NCBI GenBank assembly: GCA_964016885.1
Contig: OZ024758.1
Coordinates: forward strand, 30,628,001 to 30,692,000
Origin: Eledone cirrhosa
Lineage: Eukaryota
DNA: 64,000 nt
Direction of reading: 5' to 3'
Below the pieces are notes generated by a model that made no database searches, had not been told where the DNA came from, and was given only the letters and a program-made list of their open reading frames with translations. A program made the position numbers and the translations under genes. Each line of letters starts with the position of its first letter. Positions within the stretch are counted from its first letter, which is position 1. Of this stretch, positions 44,600 through 59,404 are shown one piece after another.

Positions 44600-46330
44600 A
44601 TTACTGATATACCGTTCAGCAATTTTCATAATGCCCATAATAGTTTGCGTGTAATATTTCTCTAGATGTTTACGACAAAAGAAATACTAGTGTAGACGTG
44701 ATCTTTTAATGTAGATATGTAATTTGTAGACAGAACCACCTAAGTAGTATCTGCCACATTTATTGCAGACTATATGAATAACACATTCACATTGTAAATG
44801 GGGAGTTTAATAGTTTCTAGAGATGGATTGCAGACTATATGAATAACACATTCACATTGTAAATGGGGAGTTTAACTAGTTTCTAGAGATGGATTTCGTC
44901 GGGGACGATCTGGAGACACTAGCTGTATAGGTGATCACTCACTATGATTCACTTGATAGGTTACAGTAGTATTTCTATCATTAAATTGTGACATCTGTCT
45001 CTAGAGATGTGAACCTTCATCTATGGCATATGTCAGAGCTGTGACAGCAGTTGCTATTGAAGAATGTTAACATTTTGGAACTGTTTGTTGTCGGTAGTTT
45101 TCTCTTCCGCTTCCCTGTATCTGTTCTGCAATCGGGTGATTTCATTCCATAAATGACTGTATATGTGGTGGGTTGAGCTGATCCGTAGTATATGCTCTTA
45201 CAGATAACTTTTCTTTAGAAGTCGGTGTTGATAGATCTCTCCTCTGTGATTCTCAGATGGAAATTTATCAGATAGATAGATAGATAGGTCTGATGTGTCG
45301 GAGTGTTCGACTTTAAAATCTGTGTACTCGTACATATTTTGATAATCATCTCCTCCGTGAGAAGAAGCTAACATGAGGATATCATCAACATACCTGAAAA
45401 AGAAAGTGCAGGAGTAGTAGGAGTTAAGTGTATTGCGTTTTAGCTGATCCATATATGTAATGGCTAGCAAGCTTGACAGACATGGTCTTATTGATAGTCC
45501 TAGAATCTGTTTATATATCAACAAAGTGAAAATATGTATTGCCTATTATGATGGCTAGTAGCTCGTGCCTATTATGATCGTTAATAATTTGTGCCTATTA
45601 TTATGGTTAGTAGCTGGTGCCTATGATGATGGCTAGTAGCTCGTGCCTATTATGATGGCTAGTAATTTATGCCTATTATGATGGCTAGTAGATTGTGCCT
45701 AATATGATGGCTAGTAGCTCGTGCCTATTATGATGACTAGTAGCTTGTGCCTATTATGATGGCTAGTAGTTTGTGCCTGTTATGATGGCTAGTAGCTTGT
45801 GCCTGTTATGATGGCTAGTAGCTTGTGCCTGTTATGATGGCTAGTAGCTTGTGCCTGTTATGATGGCTAGTAGCTTGTGCCTGTTATGATGGCTAGTAGC
45901 TTGTGCCTGTTATGATAGCTAGTAGCTTGTGGATGTCTAAAGATATGAGACCGAAGAAATTGAAGTTTCTAGAAGAAATGATGTGATCATTAGGTTGAAA
46001 TATGTGTGGGTAGCTGCAGAAATATTGATGGAAATGACATCTAAACTAAAAGGTTATCCATTTTGTTTAAGTGAGATACGGTCTTTATATGAATTCGTTG
46101 AAACAGTTGTCTTATCCGAAATTTTAAGCGCTTTTAATATCTGGTTTGAATGAGTGGAAGGGTCTAGGATGTTTTAAATGAAGTATGTTGATCGGTTGTA
46201 CATTTTCCACAGGGTTTGTGACTGTTAGGGTTTGATGCAGCAACATCATACGCTCCTCATATATCCAGATGTTCATTCATTTTGTATGTCGTGTAAGTGA
46301 ACTGTTTTCAGCGAGGGTGAGTTTACACTG
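44600..46330 (-). pseudogene. decayed PLE reverse transcriptase interrupted by a minisatellite
   Basis: FFRYVDDIL, YKQILGL..G/P.LS.LLA..YM, and FSLDV at ~46040; outer limits are uncertain. Confidence 0.6.
45538..45932. repeat. 26-bp tandem minisatellite (~15 units)
   Basis: Unit GTGCCT(A/G)TTATGATGGCTAGTAGCTT with no spacers. Confidence 0.95.
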
Positions 46331-46389
46331 TAACCCAGTCTGTGTAGGGAAATTTCCCTTAAAACACTCTTGTATTAATTAGTAGCTTA

Positions 46390-46612
46390 AATAATTGATT
46401 TTAATTTAGGCACAAGGCCAGAAATTTGAAGAGGAGAGGAAAGTCGAATGAATAGACCTCAGAACATTACTGGTACTTTATTGTATCAGCCCCACAAGCA
46501 TGTAAGGCAAAGCTAACCTCGTCGGGATTTGAACTTCGAACATAAAGGGTCGTACTCTATGCCGTAAAGCATATTGTCCGACGCTCTACCAATACTGCCA
46601 ATCCACTGCCTT
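46390..46612 (-). mobile_element. older SINE subfamily copy with TSD
   Basis: TSD TAGTA(G/A)CTTAAATAAT; longer tail region. Confidence 0.85.
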
Positions 46613-47437
46613 ATTAGTAACTTAAATAATAGCAAGAGCATATGGTGGATTCTAAATAATGTCTCTGGATTGAACCTAGTCATTCGACCAGCTACCTATG
46701 TGCTATAGGCCAGCCTGTTCCATTAAAGCTAACCTTGAGTTAAATTAAAAGAACAACAGCAACAATTACAAAAAGTACAATTTAAGTGAAAGTAGATAAT
46801 CAACAGAGGAAATATACATAACTTCTAGAACTGCATGAGAGGCTTTAGCAACAACATCAATAATACCAGCAACAACAACATTTTTAGAAACAATAGAAAC
46901 TGCTGTCACAACTCTAACATATACACAAAGAAAAAACATTGCATCTACGAGGGTTTCTCTAGATTACTAAAGCAAACAATCTTACTTATTCCTTTTGGTT
47001 AATCCTTTTCTTAGTTCAGCTTAAAGGTATCGAATTTCTGCCGTAAAGCACCATATGACTTGTATGGTTTTTCTTGTGATATCGACTATTTTGGAAGAAA
47101 GTGGAAGCAATTTTCATTCCCGACATTTTACTCACAAAAAAGCTTTGATAAAACAACCAAGTTAGTCAGTACCATCCGCCATATTTACATATGCATCTAA
47201 TGATGTCAATATGTATGGCCTAACAAACTATACAACAATCTTTGATTTGAGGATAATGGAATATTCTTGACTTGAGCTAAGTAAAGGAAATATAGACTTA
47301 AACAGACGTCCATACACTAAAAAGAACACGGGTATATATATTTATAGAGTTTATGTTAATATGCAGTATATTCTATACTTTCTCAGTAAAACACGCTCAC
47401 ACAAACGCATGTATGTATGCGTATACGAATATATTTA

Positions 47438-47484
<47 letters not shown>

Positions 47485-47486
<2 letters not shown>

Positions 47487-48222
47487 GATACTAAATAAAT
47501 GGAAACTATATTTATAAAACCATATTTATTTCATTATATATATTTCAGGGATATCATATTAAAAATATGGTATGCCTTCATCAGACAAAATACAATATAA
47601 ACAGTTTTATAAATAGATAGATTTGACATACCTTACACTTCAACTTCCATTTAAAAAGTTGATTTGGTAGTGAAAAAATGTTAGGGACAGTTATAGAGAA
47701 AAAAAAGAATAAGAATGTGCAGAGTTGATCACGTAAATTCACATGGATGTCTATAGTGTCGAATCTGGGATAACCTTCTATTTTCTTTTCTTTTTTCATG
47801 AAAGTGCATATATACTTATGTATTTTTTTTGAAGTTTTATCTCAGTTCTGATTATAAACCTAGGAATTTTAAACTAGACATATGATCATTATTTTTCACA
47901 CATTATTGATACGTGTCTCATTCGTGAATACTGATATTTACATTATAATACCTAATTCATACGAATTGATATTTTAGATTGATGAAACATAGTGTTTTAA
48001 ATCTGCCTCGTTTATCTCTGGATATTTTTCTTTTCTCTCTATGTAACGGCTGTTTTCTCTCATAACCACATATATCTCTCTCTACCTTAATACTATAACT
48101 AAATAAATAAATAAATAAATAAATGTATCATTGATACGTCATTCAACTGGTGCCCAACTACCTATTTTTCTCTCTCTCTATCTATATCTATTTCTCTCTC
48201 TATTTTTTCTCTCTCTCTCTCT

Positions 48223-48271
<49 letters not shown>

Positions 48272-48730
48272 CTGTTTTTTCTCTCTCTATCTATCTCTCT
48301 CTGTTTTTTCTTTACATGAATTTCTTCTCTCTATCTATCTCTCTATATCTATCTCTCTCGGTTTTTTGTTACATGCATTTCTTCTTTTTCTTCGTTTTCT
48401 TTCTTTCTTTCTTTTCTTTTTTTTTTCTCTATAACTGTCCCTAACATTTTTTCACTACCAAATCAACTTTTTAAATGGAAGTTGAAGTGTAAGGTATGTC
48501 AAATCTATCTATTTATAAGACTGTTTATATTGTATTTTGTCTGATGAAGGCATACCATATTTTTAATATGATATCCCTGAAATATATATAATGAAATAAA
48601 TATGGTTTTATAAATATAGTTTCCATTTATTTAATATCGTAAATATACTCCAAATACTTGTTGAGTGCTTTTATATCAGTTATAAATATTTACTCGTTGT
48701 AACCCAACAATTTAAATAAAACTTTGCATA
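47485..48730. mobile_element. inverted PLE pseudo-LTR pair around a ~700-bp non-coding core
   Basis: 47485-47717 is the reverse complement of ~48405-48640; hammerhead CTGATGA 48541...GAAA 48579 TATATA TA, with a mirror copy at 47527-47593. Confidence 0.78.
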
Positions 48731-48747
48731 TATATATATATATATAT

Positions 48748-49605
48748 ACTAATAAAAGGAATTCCAACTTTGTCTGATTTACTCGTTTTATTTACAATCC
48801 TTTAAAATGATAATGGTATTAGAATGAAATAGTTTGGTAGAATATTAAATGTTAAGTGTTAATTGAACAAGTATTTTCATGCTTTCGCAATCTTCAGGTT
48901 CATATTCTGTGGTGACAGTCAAGTTTGCAATTTTCAACTGTATCAAATGGTAAATTTTGTACAGTAAAAAGCGGCTACAGATTGCTAAGTTTTGCAAACT
49001 GTATTTCGACCAATCGGTGTGTAGTTTTACTGGTTTACTAAAGCTGATTGGTTTAGGCGTCACGGTTGGTTGAGTATGTCTAACGAGATCTATTTGACCC
49101 TATCCAAAGCATCAATTGTTTTGCTATTTTTAGAAATGATGAAAATATCATTTTCTAGGGTTTTTCTAAAAAAATTTCAGTAATCATCAACATCACTTTT
49201 ATTATTATTATTATTATTATTATTGTTGTTGTTGTTAGTGGTGGTAGTCGACATGGTCGTAGTCATAGTCATAGTAGGAGTAAAATCCCTAAGCATTATT
49301 ATTGTTTATTTAGCTTGGGTTGGAATTTATCAATAAAATTCTTTTCTTTAATTTTCTCTTGATTTCACTTGGGCTGTGTAATTTGTAGAATGGAAATATA
49401 AATATTTTCTGACCACATGTTGCTAGATCGTTACTCATGGGTATCTGACGGACATTTGGGTCTCTGATTTGCTGTCGGTGCACCCGTGCACGTTCCGATA
49501 GTGCATTTCCAGGTTGACCGACATATAGTTCTTCACAATTCGGGCATTTAATGCAGTCAATTAGATTTCTGCTTTTGCAGTTCATATTTGCATTTGGGAA
49601 TATTA
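48748..49605 (-). mobile_element. PLE 3' end: GIY-YIG remnant plus pseudo-LTR with hammerhead
   Basis: NCKSRNLIDCIKCPNCEELYVGQ..LSERARVH; HHR at 48864-48902 (-). Confidence 0.82.
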
Positions 49606-49619
49606 TATATATATATAAT

Positions 49620-49805
49620 AGGTGGATTGGCAGTATCGGTACAGGGTCGGACGCCATGCTTTCCAGCATAGTTACGTCCCTTTACGATCTGAGTTCAAAT
49701 CCCGCGAGGTTGACTTTGCCTTTCATCCTTACGGGGTCGATAAAATAAAGTACCAGTAATGCACTGGGTAATTGCTGGCCTTGTGCCTAAAGTAGAAACA
49801 ATTAT
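49620..49805 (+). mobile_element. tRNA-derived SINE
   Basis: Matches the consensus. Confidence 0.92.
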
Positions 49806-49823
49806 ATATATATATATATAATT

Positions 49824-50151
49824 GAATATAAAAGGAAAAGCAAACACAGATATATACATATATGTGTTCAAATCGTAAGGGACCAGATTCGCTAAGGTGA
49901 AAAGAATACTAACTATAGACAACAGGGTTTGCCAGACTCAATTTAAGAATAAATCAAGAAAATAAATACAACCCGGAATTGTGGTAACTACCAATCACCC
50001 GGGTTGTATTTATTTTCTTGATTTATTCTTAAATTGAGTCTGGCAAACCCTGTTGTCTATAGTTAGTATTCTTTTCACCTTAGCGAATCTGGTCCCTTAC
50101 GATTTGAACACATATATGTATATATCTGTGTTTGCTTTTCCTTTTATATTC
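49824..50151. repeat. near-perfect fold-back (~153-bp arms, ~22-bp loop)
   Basis: 49824-49976 versus 49999-50151. Confidence 0.92.
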
Positions 50152-50240
50152 TATTATAATATACGGCTCAGAAATATCTCTTTCTTAGAGCTATTTTATT
50201 GTAAGAGACTATTTTGAGTTTCTAACTCAATATATACCTT

Positions 50241-50273
<33 letters not shown>

Positions 50274-50287
50274 GTGTGTGTGTGTGT

Positions 50288-50500
50288 GCAATGTCAACTC
50301 TGGATGTCGGTGAGCATGTCCAGCTAACCTCAGTCTCCTCTGTGTCACTTTTGAGCTGACTTTTGGGATGCTCCCATACAGCTCTGAGTTTTTCATCCTC
50401 AGTGTATACTGATTAATGTTCAGAGCCATCCTCAGGATTCTCGTGTAGCACCCATCCACCATCTGAGTGAGTTTCTTGGTCAGTGTCCAAGTCTCAGTAA
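50288..50500 (-). pseudogene. RTE-clade LINE ORF C-terminal fragment
   Basis: ETWTLTKK..DGCYTRILRMALNI..RRLRLAGHAHRHPE. Confidence 0.8.
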
Positions 50501-50747
50501 TAAACAACACAATACAATTATTCCATTTACCAAAGGTTTCACGAAGAAAAGTGAGCTCAACAGAAACATCTGAAATCGTTCATCAGAAGGAAAAATTTAA
50601 TATGGATATCTATGTATATATATATATATATATATATACATAACGAAGGAATTGTGGTAAGGAAACAGATGGACAATAACGCACCAAAGTACTCAATACT
50701 TAGGGTAGTAGAGTGGGTAATAGTGTGAGGGGTCATACTTGTTCCTT

Positions 50748-54323
<3,576 letters not shown>

Positions 54324-54513
54324 TGTGTTTTGCAACGTTCACTTTGTGGCTCAATGAAGAATTAATAAATTAAATAATCAGAGCTATATATCATAAAACA
54401 TGCCTATAGAATCACCAGATAAAATATATACCATTTCCTCTCCCAATTAGCATAATTAACCATATAAAAAATCGATTAGACCAAGCTATAAGAATAAAAG
54501 CTTCTATGTTTTA

Positions 54514-54572
<59 letters not shown>

Positions 54573-55192
54573 TTTTTCGAATATTAATGATAATATTCGA
54601 TTCGTTTGCAATTATGCAAACAGCCTTTTTAAAAGCAATCTCAGTAGAATTACCCCATCATTCTTGCTTTTGTGTTGCCATGTAAACAGAACTGCAGACA
54701 CTAACGGTTCTGGGTGATTACCCTTCATCAGTACAGTTTACTGCTTAACTGCCAACTGTCAGGGCTAGTGAAAATATATATTTTATGTATGTATGTATGT
54801 GTGTGTATATGTATGTATGTGTGTGTGTGTGTGTATGTGTACGTGTGTGTATATATATATGTATGTGTATATATATGTATGTATGTGTGTGTGTGTGTAT
54901 ATATGTATGTATGTATGTGTGTGTGTGTGTATATATATATGTGTGTGTGTATATATATATATATATGTGTGTGTATATATACATATATATATATGTATAT
55001 AAAGGACTTTTACAGGGCCTGGACAGTTTCATTCAAATGGATGAAACTGTTCTAGTAATGCAGTCATTTCTATATAGAATAAAGATGCTTATATTCTACC
55101 AATGTATCAACGTATTGTGTACCCTTTTTTAACTTTGGTCATTTTCTCCTCCCCATATATTAGGAAAGCTTCTTGTATTGAATTATTTGTTA

Positions 55193-55345
55193 TCCCAGTG
55201 TATTACTGGTACTTTATTTTATCGACCCCCGTAAGGATGAAAGGTGAGGTTAACTTTGCCTTTCATCCTAACGGGGGTTGATAAAAAAAATACCAGTAAT
55301 ACACTGGGATAATTGCTGGCCTTGTACCTTTTGTAGAAACAATTA
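55193..55345. mobile_element. SINE with 5' inversion (fold-back)
   Basis: A minus-strand core at 55193-55244 is joined to a plus-strand core and tail. Confidence 0.85.
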
Positions 55346-55756
55346 TTTGTTTAATGTTTTTGCAGCGATCTTTCAATAACGAGATATCTATTATATGAAA
55401 ACGGTTAAAGAAATCGTGTAAAACATCGGTTAGGATAGAAAAGGGATGTTAAGAGTGTATATATATAAATGTGGGTGTATGTGTGGGTGTAAGAGAGAGA
55501 GAGCGAGAAGGGGGAATAGTTTATATGTGAGGGAAAGTAGTAACGGTGTGAAGATGCATCATATTCACACCTCACACAGTTACACTGCACCTGATACGAT
55601 AAAGAAATATTGTCAGAAAGAAATGAAGGAAATCTTTCTTAAACGAGAAGCTATCGTCTTAAACTGAAGGATACACATTAGAGAATGTCTTTCTAGACAC
55701 GCTATTTATTTTGAATTAACTTAGAATACTCAACTGAGACTTATACATACACATAA

Positions 55757-55968
55757 GGGAGTCGGATTAGCAAAATTGATAGAGTATCAGATAAATGCTT
55801 GGGAGTATTTGTTATGGGTTTTTACGTTATGGGTTCAAATCTCGCTGAGCTTAACTTTGCCTTTCATCTTTTCGACGTTGATAAAATAAAGTGTCAGTCA
55901 CGTATTGGGTCCATAAAATGGACTCCCAGCCTCTAAATTGCTGGTCTTGTTCCAAAATGAGAAACTGT
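55757..55968 (+). mobile_element. diverged SINE
   Basis: GGGTTCAAATCTCGCTGAGCTTAACTTTGCCTTTCATC...AATTGCTGGTCTTGTTCC. Confidence 0.8.
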
Positions 55969-56016
55969 TACATATAAACATTGTAAATGCTTTCGTATTC
56001 TCCTCTACTATATATA

Positions 56017-56707
56017 CTTTGTCAGTGTTGAACAAAAGAGCAACGATGGTTGCTAGACACTACGGCTTAATACGGGATGTTTGTTTACAAACACACCGAG
56101 CATTATAATAAATGTTCGGTGAATCCATACGTACATATATATATGTGTGCATGTATGTATATATATATATACATACTAGTAGTATATATATATATATATA
56201 TACATACTACTGTACGTCGGTATACATATATGTATGTACGTGTACATACTTATATTTAAGTAACATCCGTACTAAGAGTGGGAAATGAAATTTCGTTTCA
56301 TTTTTTCCGTAAATCGTTTTCGGGGCACCCGGCCGATTAACCCACTCGATATGCAAATTAGGCTACTCAGCCGTTAATATGCATAAGGTAAGTATATACA
56401 TTCAACAATCTGGCAGGAAGGTATACGTTGCTGACGATAGCTAATAAGCTTGAAACTAGTACAGCGTTCCTTTGTCAGTGTTGAACAAACGAGCAACGAT
56501 GGTTGCTAGACACTACGGCTTAATACGGGATGTTTGTTTACAAACACACCGAGCATTATAATAAATGTTCGGTGAATCCATACGTGCATATATATATGTG
56601 TGCATGTATATATATATATACATACTACTGTACGTCTGTATGCATATATGTATGTACGTGTACATACTTATATATATATATATTGTTTTTGTTTTATATA
56701 GTAACAT
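56017..56707 (+). mobile_element. retrozyme-like / mini-PLE partial tandem (453-bp period)
   Basis: 56017-56257 is repeated at 56470-56707, with an HHR immediately before the second repeat. Confidence 0.65.
56425..56467 (+). ncRNA. minimal type I hammerhead ribozyme
   Basis: ACGTTG CTGACGA T AGCT aata AGCT T GAAAC TA GTA CAGCGT. Confidence 0.82.
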
Positions 56708-56869
56708 GTCGTTGGCTGCAGGTCTCTGAACAATAGTTTATTCAATGACTTTCTGACAGTGAGGATGATAAAGGAATGATATCAGGTTTCCATATTGCTC
56801 GCCGCTATACGGTGAAATACTTACACGGCTGTGTGTGTGTGTGTGCACACACACACACACACACACACA

Positions 56870-56909
<40 letters not shown>

Positions 56910-56974
56910 CACGTGCACTTTTCCACTATACTAACCTCAAAACAGTCAATCTGCCTATAACCCTCGCTAGATTG

Positions 56975-57945
56975 ACCACTACTACCACCACTACAACAAC
57001 AACCACGACCACCACTACAACAACAAAAATCACGACCCCAACCACTAAAACCATCACCACCACTACCACCACAACCACCACCACCACTACTACTACCACT
57101 AATACGACGACGACCACCACCACTATCACCACGACCAATATCACCAACACCACCACTACTCCACCACCACAACTACAACCCCCACAACCATCCCTACCAA
57201 CAACAACAACAATAACACTTCTATCATCATCATCATCATCATTCTTACTACCACTATCACCAGCACCACCGCCACAACCACCACTCCCACCACCACCACT
57301 ATCATCCCCACCTCCACTACCACCACGACCACCACTACCTCCACTACCACCACCACTACCACTATCACCACCACTACCTCCACTATCACGACCACCACCA
57401 CTACCACTATCACCACCACGACCACCACCACCACTACCACTATCACCACCGCGACCACCACCACCACTACCACTACCACCACCACCACCACCACCACCAC
57501 CACCACTATCACCACCACTATCACCACCACTACCACCACCACCACCACTATCACCACCACCACCACTATCACCACCACCACCACTATCACCACCACTATC
57601 ACCACCACTACCACCACCACCACTATCACCACCACTATCACTACCACTACCACTACCAACAACAACACATTCTATCATCATCATCATTATTCTTACCACC
57701 ACCATCGCCACCACTACCACCACCACTACCACTACCAACACCACTACCAACAACAACACATTCTATCATCATCATTATTACTACCACTATCACCACCATC
57801 ACCACTACAACTACCACCACAACCACCACTCTCACCACCACAACCACCACTCCCACCACCACCACCACCACCACCACTCTCACCACCACCACTCCCACCA
57901 CCACTACCAACAACAACACTTCTATCATCATCATCACCATCACAA
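56975..57945. repeat. compound ACC/ACT/ATC/AAC trinucleotide repeat
   Basis: Visible directly in the sequence. Confidence 0.95.
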
Positions 57946-57964
57946 TATTATTTTAAACATCTAA

Positions 57965-58152
57965 TAATTGTTTCTACTTTAGGCACAAGGCCAGCAAATA
58001 ACCAGTGCATTACTGGTACTTTATTTTATCGACTCCGTGAGGATGAAAGGCAAAGTTAACCTTGGCGGGATTTGAACTCAGACCGTAAAGGGACGTAACT
58101 ATGCTAGAAAGCATGGCGTCCAACCCTCTACCGATACTGCCAATCCACCGCC
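57965..58152 (-). mobile_element. tRNA-derived SINE with TSD
   Basis: TSD TAAACATCTAATAAT. Confidence 0.93.
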
Positions 58153-58267
58153 CTAAACATCTAATAATGGACACCAGTAATATCTTCAGGTTCTACCAAT
58201 GTCACGAAGATAAACGGTAATTTAACATCCGTTACAGAACTTCAACTTTTCTCTTCATTATTTCCTC

Positions 58268-58455
58268 TGGATTGGCAGTATCGTTAGAGGGTCGGACGCC
58301 ATGCTGTGACGTATAGAGTTATGGCCCTTGTCATTCTGAGTTCAAATCCCGCCGAAGTTAACTTTGCCTTTCATCCTTACGGGGTCGATAAAATAAAGTA
58401 CCAGTAATACACAGGGTAATTGCTGGCCTTGTGCCAAAAGTAGAAACAATTATTT
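58268..58455 (+). mobile_element. tRNA-derived SINE
   Basis: Matches the consensus. Confidence 0.92.
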
Positions 58456-58702
58456 CCTCACAAAAGACATCAAGAACCATTTCACTGTTGTAGGATCCGA
58501 CAACAAAACTTACATTTAGGCACTTCCTCTATGTTCTGCCTGTTTCTTTCTTTCTTAATATTTGTTGTTAATGATATACTTTCTCCGCCATATGCAAATA
58601 TTATATTTCGGCAGCGTGTATGTATGTATGTATGTATGTATGTATGTATGTATGTATGTATGTATGTATGTATGTATGTATGTATGTATGTATGTATGTA
58701 TG

Positions 58703-59378
58703 TGACCCCTTTGTCAAGGCAGAATTCTAGGAGAAGGAAAACTCTGATATAACACCTGAAACCCCGATGGTATCCAATGATGTTGACTTGTTCTTCTTTT
58801 TGGTAAATATCATCTTGGTTAAGAGAGTGGAACTGGCTTTGTGCAGTGCCTTTGCTCACTATAAAAGCTTCACGACACAGGCATTGCTTTATATCTGGAG
58901 ATCTCTCTGCACTTGTCGTCACATGGTACCATGGGCCCAGCGCTATGTGTCAATAATTGTCACAAGTGTAGTGTTTGTACCAGAGTTTTCAAGTCGCTGG
59001 CTAGACTAAAAAGTCACACTCGTTCAGCGCATCGGTAGGGGTTCTCCTACATGGATATAAAGTAGTGGCCGTACTCGAAAACGAGTTGGCAGCCACTATG
59101 TATGTATGCATTCTTCTAGGAGAAGGCAACTCAGGAAACTGGGATAACTCCGATATAAAACCTGCGGCTCAGTAGTTACCGATGATGTTGATCTTTTCTT
59201 CTTTTCGGGTTATAGCTACTGTCGCTCAGAGAGTGGGATTGGCTTAGTGCACAGTCTTTCCTCACTTTAAAAAATATCTTTACGCACAGGCATTGCACGA
59301 TAGAATTAATTAATAATTATTAATAATGGTATATCGTGCAATGGCCATACTCGATAACGAGGGGGCAGCCATTATGTA
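58703..59378 (+). mobile_element. two truncated RTE-5'UTR-like elements in (TATG)n
   Basis: 58703-59098 and a diverged copy at 59113-59378, both ending GGCAGCCA(C/T)TATGTATG. Confidence 0.65.
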
Positions 59379-59404
59379 TGTGAATTTGTATGTTCTTCTG
59401 GTTT

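Noticed and set aside
45538-45932. CRISPR-like regular repeat
   Set aside because: Units are contiguous with no unique spacers, there are no cas genes, and the context is eukaryotic.
56831-57964. Thr/Pro/His-rich ORF resembling mucin or extensin
   Set aside because: It is a compound trinucleotide repeat open in several frames on both strands, with no splice or domain context.
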